This document shows, in pieces, positions 8,288 through 18,507 of a stretch of DNA of 64,000 nucleotides. The stretch comes from Pelagibacteraceae bacterium (GTDB taxonomy: Bacteria; Pseudomonadota; Alphaproteobacteria; Methylaequorales; Methylaequoraceae): NCBI GenBank assembly GCA_042090305.1, contig JBELJQ010000001.1:6959-70958 (forward strand), written 5' to 3'. Position 1 is the first letter of the stretch. The number at the start of each line of letters is the position of its first letter. Made by a program: the position numbers and the translations under genes. The notes under the pieces were generated by a model. The model saw nothing but the letters and a program-made list of their open reading frames with translations, searched no databases and was not told the origin of the DNA.

Positions 8288-9901
8288 TTAAAGCCCTCGA
8301 CTAAGTTTTTTTTTTATATTTTCTTTTTCTTTGTAATCAGGTTCCAAGTTTAGTACCTTTTTCCACTGGGATTTTGCTTCTGATTTCCTATTTGACATCC
8401 AATAGGCATCTCCAAGATGATCATTTAGAGTGGCATCGTCAGGAAGCATCACAACTGCTTTTTCTAAATGAGTAATAGATTCTTCGAAGTTTTTCGCTAA
8501 ATAGTAAGCCCACCCAAGTGAATCGCGTATATATGCATCTGTTGGTTCAATTTCAACAGCTCTAATAAGCAGTTTTAATGCCTTAGGAATATTAACTTCT
8601 CTATCAAGCCAACTATAAGCTAAATAATTCATCACGTATGGATCTTCAGGGTTTAGATTAAGTGATGTTTTAAAATCTTGTTCTGCTCTATTCCATCTAT
8701 TTAGTCTTTCGTATGATATACCTCTTGAATATAAAATATTTGATTTGTTTAATAAACTATCACTATCAATAACTTGAGTATAAATCCTTATAGCTTCTTC
8801 ATATTTTTTTGTTTGTCTAAATTTATCGGCTAATAGTACTTTCATTTCAATTTCATCTGGAAACTTTGTTGTGAAAGAAACGATTTCACTCAAAAAGAGC
8901 TCTGTTTTCCCAAGTTTTTCAAAAAAGGCTAACCGCATTTTTAACATTTTCAAGTAATAAATATTTTTATGGTTGAGTTTTTCTAATTCTTGTAAACCTA
9001 GTTCTTCTAAGTTCATTTGACTAAGACTCCCTGCTAATAGAATTTTCATAGAATTAAAATTTTGTCTAAGTCTTATTGAAAGTTTTCCAAAAAAAATTGA
9101 ATATTTATATAGGTCATTTGAATAGTACCAACTTGAAATATTATAAAAAACTTCGGCCAAGCCTTCTTTCTCATTATTTATTGGATTTAAAAGTTGTTTA
9201 TTAATTTTCAAAAATTTTTCATCATATTTTTGAAAATTAACATTGGCTTTTTGCAGTTCTTTATTTATCTTTAAAGCGCTTTTTTCGTTATTTGTTTCCA
9301 AACTATTCAATAATAATATCTCTTTTAGCCTTAGAGACACAAAATCCTTATTAATAATCTTTTGAAAGAAAAATTCTTTCTTTTTATTATTATTTTTTTT
9401 TTTATAAAATAGGGCTGCATGCAAACAAATTATTGGAATACATTCATCTTCGACTGAAAGGTTACTTTTTTTATTAAAATCTGACCAAATATTGATAGCT
9501 CTGACAAAGTTACTATCAAAGTATTGAGGGTTTATCTCATTTAAATATTTATCAATAGGCTTGCTAATTAAAAAATTTTCAACTACTTGAAAAAAATTTG
9601 CTAGAATATTTGTTTTATCTCTATCTAAAATAATAGTACTTATAAGGTTTGATTTATCCCAATCATTGAAAATCATTGAATCAATGAGTAATTCCTCAAG
9701 GTACTTATTATCAACTTTTTTCAAATCAACATTTGGATAAAAGTATTTTTGATTATTAAGATCACTATTTTGTTTAGCATAATTCCAAGAAAGGAAACTT
9801 CCAAAATTATTTGCACGAAGATCAGTTGCTCCTGAAAGTTTAAACTGAAAAAGTAAAATAGTAAGAATTAAGTATTTACATACCTGTGTAATTTGGGCCA
9901 C
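8288..9901 (-). CDS. secreted TPR-repeat protein
   Basis: Signal peptide. The C-terminal ~170 aa contain canonical TPR units (YSRGISYERLNRWNRAEQDFKTSLNLNPEDP...). A TPR protein upstream of ispE is a conserved alphaproteobacterial arrangement. Confidence 0.7.
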   Translation of the reverse strand: MAQITQVCKYLILTILLFQFKLSGATDLRANNFGSFLSWNYAKQNSDLNNQKYFYPNVDLKKVDNKYLEELLIDSMIFNDWDKSNLISTIILDRDKTNILANFFQVVENFLISKPIDKYLNEINPQYFDSNFVRAINIWSDFNKKSNLSVEDECIPIICLHAALFYKKKNNNKKKEFFFQKIINKDFVSLRLKEILLLNSLETNNEKSALKINKELQKANVNFQKYDEKFLKINKQLLNPINNEKEGLAEVFYNISSWYYSNDLYKYSIFFGKLSIRLRQNFNSMKILLAGSLSQMNLEELGLQELEKLNHKNIYYLKMLKMRLAFFEKLGKTELFLSEIVSFTTKFPDEIEMKVLLADKFRQTKKYEEAIRIYTQVIDSDSLLNKSNILYSRGISYERLNRWNRAEQDFKTSLNLNPEDPYVMNYLAYSWLDREVNIPKALKLLIRAVEIEPTDAYIRDSLGWAYYLAKNFEESITHLEKAVVMLPDDATLNDHLGDAYWMSNRKSEAKSQWKKVLNLEPDYKEKENIKKKLSRGL

Positions 9902-11522
9902 CTCCTCCTTCGGGAGTTATCCAGTTTATATTTTGAGATGGATCTTTTATATCACAAGTTTTGCAGTGAACACAATTTTGAGCATTTATTTGCAATCTAT
10001 TAGAACCATTATCTGAAACAATCTCATAAACTCCAGCAGGACAATATCTTTGTTCAGGCGAGTCGTAAATTGCTAGATTTTTCTCAATTGGAATTTTATC
10101 ATTAAGAATCTTCAAATGAACTGGTTGATTTTCTTCATGATAAGTAGAGGAGAAAGAAACATTTGTTAGCTTATCAAAGGTCAAAACTCCATCATGCTTT
10201 GGATATTCAATAATTTCTGATTCTTCCTTCTTTTTTAATGACAGATGGTCTGGTTCTCCGTGCTTTAATGTCCAAGGTGCTCTACCTCTCAATATAATCT
10301 GATCAATCCCTGTTAGTATAGAGCCCAAACCTAAACCATATTTAAATGATGGTCTAACATTTCTAGCTGATTTCAACTCTTTACCAGCCCACGATTCATT
10401 GAAAATGTCTTGAAAATTTTGAAGCTCATCACCCTCATACCCATTTTCTAATTTTTTAAAAGCAAGCTCTGAAGCAATCATTCCAGATTTCATTGCTGTG
10501 TGAGTACCTTTAATCTTTGGTGTATTTAATGTTCCAGCATCACAACCAATAAGACACCCTCCAGGAAATGATAATTTGGGTAGCGACTGCCACCCACCTT
10601 CGTTTAATGCCCTTGCCCCATAAGATACTCTTCTTCCACCATCGAGTATTGGGCTAATTGCTTTATGCGTTTTAAATCTTTGGAATTCTTCATATGGTGA
10701 TAGATAAGGGTTTTTATAATCAAGACCAATAACAAAACCCAGAGAAACTAAATTTTTATCCAAATGATACAGAAAAGAACCGCCATAAGTTTCAAAATCT
10801 AGAGGCCATCCTATTGTGTGCATTATGTTTCCAGCTTGAGCGTTTTCTGGTTTAATTTCCCATAGCTCTTTCAACCCAATTCCATAAGTTTGATGCTGAG
10901 AATTATTTCTAAGTCCAAACTTTTCAATGAGTCTCTTCCCTAAATGCCCTCTACAACCTTCTGCAAAGAATGTATATTTTGAATGTATTTCTATGCCTGG
11001 TTGGAAGTTTGCTCCTGGCTTTCCTTCGGAATCAACACCCAAATCACCTGTAATAATTCCTTTTAACTTTTCATTTTCAAAGATCAGATCAGATGCAGAA
11101 AATCCAGGATAAATTTCTATACCAAGTTTTTCTGCCTCATTACCTAACCATCTGCATAACGAACCTAAAGAAATTACATAATTTCCTCTATTGTGCATGA
11201 CTGACGGCATTAAAATACTTGGAATATTAAATGCCTTTTCATTGGATAAGAATTTGAAGGTCTCCTTATTTACTTTAACTTTAACAGGGCATTCATTAGA
11301 TTCTCTCCAATCATCGAAAAGCTCATCAAGAGCCGTAGTTTGCAAAATTGCACCAGAGAGAATGTGAGCACCTACTTCGGAACCTTTTTCAACAATACAT
11401 ACAGAAAAGTCCTTATTATTAAGTTTACACAACTTTTTAAATTGTATAGCAGCAGCCAGTCCAGAAGGCCCTGCACCAACTATCAATAAGTCGTAACTCA
11501 TCTTTTCTCTTGAAATATCCAT
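9876..11522 (-). CDS. etfD: electron-transfer flavoprotein:ubiquinone oxidoreductase (ETF-QO)
   Basis: FAD-binding N-terminus DLLIVGAGPSGLAAAI and a C-terminal 4Fe-4S ferredoxin-like CVHCKTCDIKDP; length 548 aa. Confidence 0.85.
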   Translation of the reverse strand: MDISREKMSYDLLIVGAGPSGLAAAIQFKKLCKLNNKDFSVCIVEKGSEVGAHILSGAILQTTALDELFDDWRESNECPVKVKVNKETFKFLSNEKAFNIPSILMPSVMHNRGNYVISLGSLCRWLGNEAEKLGIEIYPGFSASDLIFENEKLKGIITGDLGVDSEGKPGANFQPGIEIHSKYTFFAEGCRGHLGKRLIEKFGLRNNSQHQTYGIGLKELWEIKPENAQAGNIMHTIGWPLDFETYGGSFLYHLDKNLVSLGFVIGLDYKNPYLSPYEEFQRFKTHKAISPILDGGRRVSYGARALNEGGWQSLPKLSFPGGCLIGCDAGTLNTPKIKGTHTAMKSGMIASELAFKKLENGYEGDELQNFQDIFNESWAGKELKSARNVRPSFKYGLGLGSILTGIDQIILRGRAPWTLKHGEPDHLSLKKKEESEIIEYPKHDGVLTFDKLTNVSFSSTYHEENQPVHLKILNDKIPIEKNLAIYDSPEQRYCPAGVYEIVSDNGSNRLQINAQNCVHCKTCDIKDPSQNINWITPEGGGGPNYTGM

Positions 11523-11566
11523 TTTTTTTATAATTCTAATAAATTTATAGTAAAATATATATATTA

Positions 11567-12319
11567 ATGAAAGTTAAAAACATAAAGTCTTTTATTGATT
11601 TTTATCAATCCCTCGGTATCTCTACTTCTGTCACTGATAAACAGAGGAATAGAGAATCAAGTCCAGTTGTCCAAAATAAAGCTTATAGTAAGGATGAAAA
11701 AATCTCAGAAAAAAAATTTGATAAAACTCCAGATAAAATTAATGCCTTATCGAAACTTAAAGCCAAAGCTCAAAAGTTAGATTGTGATCTTAAAGATATA
11801 GCTACAAACCTTGTTTTTTCTGATGGTAATCCAAACAGCGATATAATGTTAATAGGTGAAGCACCTGGAGCAGATGAAGATAAAATTGGTAAACCTTTTG
11901 TTGGTCAAGCTGGAATGTTACTTGATAAAATGTTTTCGCTTATTGATTTAGATAGAAAGAAAAACTTTTATATTACAAATATATTATTTTGGAGACCTCC
12001 TGGTAATAGGACTCCTAGCAGCAAAGAGATTTCAATATGTTTGAGTATAACTAAAGAACATATTAATTTAATTAAACCCAAATTATTAATTCTTCTTGGA
12101 GGCATAGCATCTAAATCATTATTAAACACTTCAGATGGAATAACAAAATTAAGATGTAAAAAACATTTATATGAGAATGAAAATAATAAATCTAGAATTT
12201 TAACAAAAACAGTTTTTCATCCTGCTTATTTACTTAGAAATCCAATTGAAAAAAAAAGAATGTGGGAAGACTTACAAGATATTGATAAAATAATTGAAGA
12301 AAATAAAATACGTAGGTGA
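11567..12319 (+). CDS. udg: uracil-DNA glycosylase, family 4
   Basis: Motif [26 protein letters not shown] (family 4 UDG motif A). Has the N-terminal ~90 aa extension typical of alphaproteobacterial members. Confidence 0.8.
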   Translation: MKVKNIKSFIDFYQSLGISTSVTDKQRNRESSPVVQNKAYSKDEKISEKKFDKTPDKINALSKLKAKAQKLDCDLKDIATNLVFSDGNPNSDIMLIGEAPGADEDKIGKPFVGQAGMLLDKMFSLIDLDRKKNFYITNILFWRPPGNRTPSSKEISICLSITKEHINLIKPKLLILLGGIASKSLLNTSDGITKLRCKKHLYENENNKSRILTKTVFHPAYLLRNPIEKKRMWEDLQDIDKIIEENKIRR

Positions 12320-12320
12320 G

Positions 12321-12830
12321 ATGAAATCAAAAGTTCTAAATATTTTTGTAATAATTGTTTCTGATTCAAGGGATGAAAGTTCAGATAAATCTGGTAAAGT
12401 ACTTATGGATAGAATTCATTCCGCAGGCCATTCTTTGGTAAATAAAATTTTTATCAAAGATGAAGTCGAGGATATCAAAAAAAAGCTAAATAAACTAATT
12501 AAGGAAAAAACTATTGATGTAATCATTCTTTCTGGAGGAACGGGATTAACTGGAAGGGACTCAACCCCAGAAGCAGTTAAATCTGTAATAAAAAAAGAAA
12601 TACCTGGTTTTGGAGAAATTTTCAGGTTTATTAGCTTTAAAAAGATTGCAACTTCTGCCCTACAATCAAGAGCGCTCGCAGGTCTTGCAAATGATAAGTT
12701 TATTTTTTCATTACCAGGATCTCCTGGTGCATGTAAAGATGCTTGGGATGAAATCCTCGTACATCAACTAAATTCAAATACTAAACCCTGTAATCTAGTT
12801 GAATTAATTCCTAGGTTAAAAGAACGTTAA
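12321..12830 (+). CDS. MogA/MoaB family molybdopterin-binding protein
   Basis: LSGGTGLTGRDSTPEAV matches the MoCF-biosynthesis-domain signature. The start was moved from the track ORF (12294) to the internal Met at 12321 to remove the overlap with udg. Confidence 0.7.
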   Translation: MKSKVLNIFVIIVSDSRDESSDKSGKVLMDRIHSAGHSLVNKIFIKDEVEDIKKKLNKLIKEKTIDVIILSGGTGLTGRDSTPEAVKSVIKKEIPGFGEIFRFISFKKIATSALQSRALAGLANDKFIFSLPGSPGACKDAWDEILVHQLNSNTKPCNLVELIPRLKER

Positions 12831-12841
12831 TTTAGATAAGA

Positions 12842-13444
12842 TTAAAATCTTGAGTTAACTGACGACAGCCACGAGTTAATTTCATTATCTGTTTGCATAC
12901 AACATGAAGTAATTGGAAATTTATCCTTTTGTAACTTTGTTAGCCTATCATCTTCTTGGCTTGGTTGGACAAACATAACACAATTTATCTCGTGGATAAC
13001 ACCATTATCAGCCGATGTATTTTCATTCTCAACTACCATATCCTTAACATATAAACTTTCTCTTTTATAAAGTTGAATTGATTTGTTGGTAACAGTAACT
13101 TCTTGTGTAATTTTAGATTTCAAGTCATTACTTGACTTCTGTCCTATTAAGATGTGATCCAGTATCAACATTTTTCTCAAAGAGGTGTCTGATAAAATTT
13201 GATCATAAACCTTTTTAGGTAGAGCATCAAAAGCTTTATTATTGGGAACAAAAATTGTCCAATTCCATGGGTATTTTTGTTGCAAAGTTGCTTCAAGTTC
13301 TGTGTTATTAATATACGAGTAAAAAATTGATAAGTTAGGGTTTTCTCTAATAATTTCAATAATACCCTTGGCTTTTAAATCAGAATGAAAAATAAATAAG
13401 CAAAGCAAAGAAAAAAATTTTAAATACAACTTGTCTCCTTTCAA
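12842..13444 (-). CDS. fasciclin (FAS1) domain protein, secreted
   Basis: Signal peptide; FAS1 hallmarks TIFVPNNKAFDALP and VIHEINCV; Cys-containing C-terminal tail. Confidence 0.7.
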   Translation of the reverse strand: MKGDKLYLKFFSLLCLFIFHSDLKAKGIIEIIRENPNLSIFYSYINNTELEATLQQKYPWNWTIFVPNNKAFDALPKKVYDQILSDTSLRKMLILDHILIGQKSSNDLKSKITQEVTVTNKSIQLYKRESLYVKDMVVENENTSADNGVIHEINCVMFVQPSQEDDRLTKLQKDKFPITSCCMQTDNEINSWLSSVNSRF

Positions 13445-13540
13445 TTCATAAATAATGACTTACATACAAATAAATATTCGATATACTTTTTTTGTAAATA
13501 TTCTAATTGTTATATTAGTTATAACAATTAATTAATCACC

Positions 13541-14149
13541 TTGGTAGTAACAAATAAAAATGACTATTATTCAGACCTCGATAACTCAATCATAGGTATC
13601 GATGAGGTGGGGAGAGGTGCGCTATGTGGGCCAGTTATTTCTTGCGCCCTGATACTTCATAAAAATATTTCTCAAGAGAAACTATTTGATGAAATTACAG
13701 ATTCCAAAAAGTTATCAGAAAAAAAAAGAGTAGAAATATCAATGATGATTAAAAAATATTCCAAATTTAATATTGGGATAAGTAATAATATGGAAATTGA
13801 TAGATTAAATATTCTTAATGCTACGATTCTTTCCATGAAACGGGCATATAGCAAGTTCAAAAATACTAATCTAAAAATAAAAATCGATGGTTTAAAGACT
13901 TTTGAATTAAATGATAGAGCTTCTTTTCACGTCAAGGGAGATCAAAAATCAGTTACAATTGCTGCAGCATCTATTGTAGCTAAAGTATATAGAGATAATT
14001 TAATGATAAAACTTTCAAGTGATTATCCTCAATATGGTTGGCTTAAAAATAAAGGTTACGGAACTAAACAACATATTTCTGCCATAAAAAATCATGGAAT
14101 CACTAAATATCATAGGGTAAGTTTTTTGAAAAATTTAAGCTTTGGATAA
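13541..14149 (+). CDS. rnhB: ribonuclease HII
   Basis: IIGIDEVGRGALCGPVISCA catalytic motif. Confidence 0.9.
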   Translation: MVVTNKNDYYSDLDNSIIGIDEVGRGALCGPVISCALILHKNISQEKLFDEITDSKKLSEKKRVEISMMIKKYSKFNIGISNNMEIDRLNILNATILSMKRAYSKFKNTNLKIKIDGLKTFELNDRASFHVKGDQKSVTIAAASIVAKVYRDNLMIKLSSDYPQYGWLKNKGYGTKQHISAIKNHGITKYHRVSFLKNLSFG

Positions 14150-15484
14150 GGGGAGTATGATTTTTACTTCAAGCCCACCAAGCTCTTTTGACTTTGCTAA
14201 GCAAACACTTCCTTTGCACATTTCTACTATATCCTTAACGATGTTAAGCCCTAGCCCTGTACCTGGCGTTTGTTCATCTAATCTAAAACCTCGGGCAAAA
14301 ACTCTACTCATTTTATTTTCTGGAAGACCTGGTCCGTCATCAGAAATAATCATTTCAAATTCTTCTTCTGATTTATTATTTATATCAATTATTACCATCT
14401 TTTCCCCCCACTTGCATGCATTCTCTACTATATTACCAATAACCTCCTCCATGTCTTCAAGACTACTTAAAACTAAAGCCATATTGTTACTGGATCTAAT
14501 TTTAATATCTTTATTTGAATATAGTTTTCTGAATATTCTGACCATTTTTTCAGATAATTCATTTATATTTATTTTATCTTTTGTTACCTTTCCAACGGAA
14601 TCTAAATGAGCTTTTTTTAAATAACGGTCTATTTGTTTTTTCATCAATTGAACTTGACTCATTAAGATTTTATCCTCATTTCCCAATTCATTAGTTACAA
14701 CTGCCAATGGTGTTTTCAAAACATGAGCAAGATTTCCAACATGCGTCTTTGCTCTGTCTAAAATTTTTTCATTATGCTCAAGTAAATTATTTATTTCTGT
14801 GGCTAGTGGTTGAACTTCTAATGGGTAGGGATCCTGAAGTTTTTTTTCATCACCATTCCTAATTTTGAACAAAGCTGTTTTAATTTTGTTCAATGGTAAT
14901 AATCCAAAATTAACTTGGAGAAAAACTGCTGACATCAGCCCTACTCCCAAAACAATTAATATTGTAAGTAAAGTATTATCAAACTTTTTAATATTATCTG
15001 TATATTCCTGTGTATCCCCAGAAACAAAAAAAGTTACGGGATTACGATATCCTGGAAATGAAATCTCTCTTTGAATTATATGTAGTTTTTTTTTTTCAAT
15101 TTTTTTAGTTTGTTTTTTATTACCTTGCGCCTGATTTCGAAATTGTGATCTTCCTCCGATTAATCTTTTATCGATTGTAAAAACTTGATCCCACATTGAT
15201 CTTGATCTTGCAAGAGTCTTTGCACCATCATTAATTTGCCAATACCAACCAGAATAAGGTTGAAAATACCTTGGATCACCGACCGTACTTACTACAGTTA
15301 TACTTTCAGAGGAATCAATTCTGCTTGCACCTATAAGTGTTTCTAATAATAAGTTTAATCTATCATCAAATGCTCTGAAGTTTGTTTTTTCATTTAAATC
15401 TGATAATAGTAGACCAGCAGAGAAAAGTGTTAGAATTATCCAAATTGTTGCACTTAAGAAAAGTCTTACAGCTAAAGAGTTCAT
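14135..15484 (-). CDS. two-component sensor histidine kinase (periplasmic loop, HAMP, HisKA, HATPase_c)
   Basis: Two TM segments flanking a periplasmic domain; H-box GNLAHVLKTPLA; N/G boxes ENACKWGE...DDGPGLP...GTGLGLNIV. Confidence 0.85.
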   Translation of the reverse strand: MNSLAVRLFLSATIWIILTLFSAGLLLSDLNEKTNFRAFDDRLNLLLETLIGASRIDSSESITVVSTVGDPRYFQPYSGWYWQINDGAKTLARSRSMWDQVFTIDKRLIGGRSQFRNQAQGNKKQTKKIEKKKLHIIQREISFPGYRNPVTFFVSGDTQEYTDNIKKFDNTLLTILIVLGVGLMSAVFLQVNFGLLPLNKIKTALFKIRNGDEKKLQDPYPLEVQPLATEINNLLEHNEKILDRAKTHVGNLAHVLKTPLAVVTNELGNEDKILMSQVQLMKKQIDRYLKKAHLDSVGKVTKDKININELSEKMVRIFRKLYSNKDIKIRSSNNMALVLSSLEDMEEVIGNIVENACKWGEKMVIIDINNKSEEEFEMIISDDGPGLPENKMSRVFARGFRLDEQTPGTGLGLNIVKDIVEMCKGSVCLAKSKELGGLEVKIILPLSKA

Positions 15485-15485
15485 T

Positions 15486-16151
15486 TTATTCTTTTTCTAT
15501 CGACAAGCGATAACCATAACCCCTCTCAGTTTTGATTAAATTCATACCCATTTTTTTTCTTAACCTTCCTATAAAAACCTCAATAGTATTGGAATCTCTA
15601 TCAAAATCCTGGTCATATATATGCTCAACAAGTTCTGTTCTAGAAATGACCTTATCTTGATGATGAAGAAAATATTCAATTATTTTATATTCATGCGAAG
15701 TAAGTTTTAGTTTGGTTCCATTAAGAAATACTTTATTAGATTTAGTGTCTATCTTTAATGGGCCACATTCAATATCGGATGTTGCATGCCCAGCTGAACG
15801 TCTTATTAGGGCCCTGAGTCTTGCAAGCAACTCCTCCATTTGGAAGGGCTTGGTAAGATAATCATCCGCACCTGCATCAAAACCTGATACTTTGTCACTC
15901 CATTGATCTCTTGCAGTTAAAATTAAAACTGGAAAGTTTTTTTTATCTTTTCTCCACTTCTCTAACACTGTTATTCCATCAATGCTCGGCAAACCTAGGT
16001 CTAGTATAACTGCATCATATGGTTCTGTATCTCCAAGAAAATGACCTTCCTCACCATCTAAAGCAATATCAACCGAATAACCACTATCTTCAAGTGAGGT
16101 TTTAATTTGCTCATTTAAATTTGGATCATCTTCAACTACTAATATTCTCAA
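15486..16151 (-). CDS. OmpR-family response regulator
   Basis: MRILVVEDDPNL receiver domain with D-LGLP and a C-terminal winged-helix (GYGYRL). Confidence 0.9.
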   Translation of the reverse strand: MRILVVEDDPNLNEQIKTSLEDSGYSVDIALDGEEGHFLGDTEPYDAVILDLGLPSIDGITVLEKWRKDKKNFPVLILTARDQWSDKVSGFDAGADDYLTKPFQMEELLARLRALIRRSAGHATSDIECGPLKIDTKSNKVFLNGTKLKLTSHEYKIIEYFLHHQDKVISRTELVEHIYDQDFDRDSNTIEVFIGRLRKKMGMNLIKTERGYGYRLSIEKE

Positions 16152-16468
16152 ATGTTGTCTCCTCCTGATAATACTGAAAGCACTGTTGCAGTGCCTGCAT
16201 CCACTCTTATCTGTTTAACATTATTATTATTATCTATCATCATAATATCATATACCCATCCGAATAAACCTTTTTCACTATCTTTAAGGTTTATAGATAT
16301 AACCCTACCATAAAATTTTTCACTAATTTTTTTTAGGATTTCGTCTAATGGTAGAATTTCACCCTCGTTGACTGCTTTAATGGCCTTCTCGTGGTCACTC
16401 AAGCTTTCAGCTTTTATTTCTGGAAAGTATAAGAAGAAGGTGATAATTAAAAAAAAGATTTTGAGCAC
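16148..16468 (-). CDS. PepSY domain protein, secreted
   Basis: Signal peptide plus a single PepSY-like domain (...VYDIMMID...VDAGTATVL). ATGA-coupled to the response regulator. Confidence 0.6.
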   Translation of the reverse strand: MLKIFFLIITFFLYFPEIKAESLSDHEKAIKAVNEGEILPLDEILKKISEKFYGRVISINLKDSEKGLFGWVYDIMMIDNNNNVKQIRVDAGTATVLSVLSGGDNI

Positions 16469-16469
16469 T

Positions 16470-17534
16470 TTAAATTACCTCCTTAATGACCTTACTCATC
16501 AGTTTAGAAATTGGTTTATTTTTCAAATCTTTTTTTCTAATCCATTTATATTTTTTAAAATTTCTTTTATTTTTTAATTTTAACTCAATTATAAATAGAT
16601 TCAAACGGAAATGACTAAAGGTGTGGTATATAGATTTATTTATTATAAATGAATTATCTAAACTATTATTTGATAACCATTTAGTTGCAATATCTTTGAT
16701 TTTAATTTCATAATTATTTAAATTAGTGAATTCAGTAAAATCTGTTGATGGGAAACAATATAAATTCTCAAGTAATTTATCTTTAGTTTTTTCAATTAAA
16801 AAAGAATCTTTATATCTAACAATGAAAATGAGACCAAATTTTTTAACTTTTTCTCGATTATTTATTTTCTGCCGAGCAACTTTTCCTGATGATAAACAGA
16901 GTGAACCTACCGGGCATATAGTGCAATCTGGATTTTTTGGCAAACACACTTTATTAGCCAAATCCATAAGAGATTGACAATAATTTTTATTATTTATTAG
17001 CGGGGTTAGTTGAGTAGCTAAATTAACAACTTTTTTTTTATATAACTTTTCATTTTTGTTTAAATCGAAAGCTCTTGAAAGAATTCTTTTTATATTTCCA
17101 TCAACTACTGCACAGTTTTCGTCTTTAAGTATTGCACAGATAGCACTAGCCACATATTCACCAATACCAGGCAGATTCATTAGATTTTCAATATTAATCT
17201 CAATTAGTTCATTTTTTCTCAAGATTTCTTTAGCTAAATATAAATTTTTAGCTCTTTGATAGTAACCCAACCCCTGCCAAATTAATAAAATTTCTTCGAG
17301 TGTTGCCTGGTAAAAACAGTCAATCGAAGGCCATTTCTTAATAAACTTTTTATAGTAAGGGATAACTGTCTTTACCATAGTTTGTTGTAACATTATCTCT
17401 GATATCCAAATCCTATAAAAGTTTTGTGCCTTCAACTCCCTCCAAGGTAAACTCCTAGCATTTAAATCATACCAACCAAGTATATTTTTTTGCCAGTCTC
17501 TCTTATATTTTTCACTTATATGGTATTCTTTCAT
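16470..17534 (-). CDS. mutY: A/G-specific adenine DNA glycosylase
   Basis: HhH-GPD core (WYDLNARSLPWR...YRIWISEIMLQQT), 4Fe-4S loop cysteines (CLPKNPDCTICP) and a NUDIX-like C-terminal domain. The start was trimmed to the Met at 17532-17534, because the track N-terminus is low-complexity read-through. Confidence 0.85.
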   Translation of the reverse strand: MKEYHISEKYKRDWQKNILGWYDLNARSLPWRELKAQNFYRIWISEIMLQQTMVKTVIPYYKKFIKKWPSIDCFYQATLEEILLIWQGLGYYQRAKNLYLAKEILRKNELIEINIENLMNLPGIGEYVASAICAILKDENCAVVDGNIKRILSRAFDLNKNEKLYKKKVVNLATQLTPLINNKNYCQSLMDLANKVCLPKNPDCTICPVGSLCLSSGKVARQKINNREKVKKFGLIFIVRYKDSFLIEKTKDKLLENLYCFPSTDFTEFTNLNNYEIKIKDIATKWLSNNSLDNSFIINKSIYHTFSHFRLNLFIIELKLKNKRNFKKYKWIRKKDLKNKPISKLMSKVIKEVI

Positions 17535-17535
17535 A

Positions 17536-17868
17536 ATGAGAAGAAAAAAGTATACTCCATCTTTGACTAGAATTTCAACAGTTCTGCCTAAGGTTTTCAA
17601 AAATATTTCAAAAAAAGGTGAAAATAGTTCAAAAATTCTTGAGCTAAAAATGAATTGGGAAGAAATTCTTGGAGAAGAACTTTCTAAGGATATTTTTATT
17701 GAATCAATAAGAAAAATTAACAATCAGAATACCTTAATTGTAATATCAGATAAAATAAGTTTACTGGAGATATCTTTCTCTTCCGAAATAATAAAGAAAA
17801 GAATTAACAACTATTTTAATGAGCCCATAATAGAAAATATAAAGTTTAAAAAATCGTTACATTACTGA
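17536..17868 (+). CDS. DUF721 (DciA-like) protein
   Basis: Pattern ...VLPKVF...KKG...ILELKMNWEEILGEEL...TLIVISD matches DUF721. Its position between mutY and dsbA/smc is the conserved alphaproteobacterial synteny. Confidence 0.65.
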   Translation: MRRKKYTPSLTRISTVLPKVFKNISKKGENSSKILELKMNWEEILGEELSKDIFIESIRKINNQNTLIVISDKISLLEISFSSEIIKKRINNYFNEPIIENIKFKKSLHY

Positions 17869-17890
17869 ATTTATGTGGTAATTATTTGAT

Positions 17891-18502
17891 ATGAAATTAA
17901 TAATCAAGAATTCTATAAGGTTGGCTTTTTTAATCTGTTTATTTATAAATGAAAGCTTAGATTCACGAATTGTTGACACCATTGAGGCCCTAGAAAGTAA
18001 ATCTATGGGAGAAGAAAAAGCTCCTGTTAAAATTATTGAGTTTGCATCACTAACTTGTGGTCATTGCGCCAAATTTCATAATGAGGTTTTTCCCTTAATC
18101 AAAGAGAATTACATAGATAAAGGTAAAATTTTCTTTACATATAACGACTTTCCACTTGATAAATTTGCTCTCAAGGCATCAGTTGTGGCAAGATGCTCTG
18201 GTAATAAAAAATTCTTCAGCTTTCTTAAAGTTCTTTATAATAAACAAAAAGATTGGACAAGAACACAAGATCCATTCAAATCCCTGCTTAAAATCGCCAA
18301 GATAGGCGGTCTAAAAAACGATGAAATTAAAGTTTGTGTTGGAAATAAATCGATTGAGGATGGCCTGTTAAAACAAAGGTTACAATCTACAAAAGTATAC
18401 GATATTAAAGCAACTCCTACATTATACATTAATGGAGAAAAATATGATGGAGATCTTACATTTGAAGCTCTTAAATTAAAAATTGATTCATTACTTAATT
18501 AA
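17891..18502 (+). CDS. DsbA-family thiol:disulfide oxidoreductase, secreted
   Basis: Signal peptide; CGHC active site; thioredoxin fold length. Confidence 0.8.
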   Translation: MKLIIKNSIRLAFLICLFINESLDSRIVDTIEALESKSMGEEKAPVKIIEFASLTCGHCAKFHNEVFPLIKENYIDKGKIFFTYNDFPLDKFALKASVVARCSGNKKFFSFLKVLYNKQKDWTRTQDPFKSLLKIAKIGGLKNDEIKVCVGNKSIEDGLLKQRLQSTKVYDIKATPTLYINGEKYDGDLTFEALKLKIDSLLN

Positions 18503-18507
18503 AAAAA

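Noticed and set aside
17535-17723. 63-codon N-terminal extension of mutY (MLIFLIDSIKISLESSSPRISS...)
   Set aside because: It is low-complexity, is antisense to the DUF721 coding sequence, and the conserved MutY domain starts after the internal Met at 17534.
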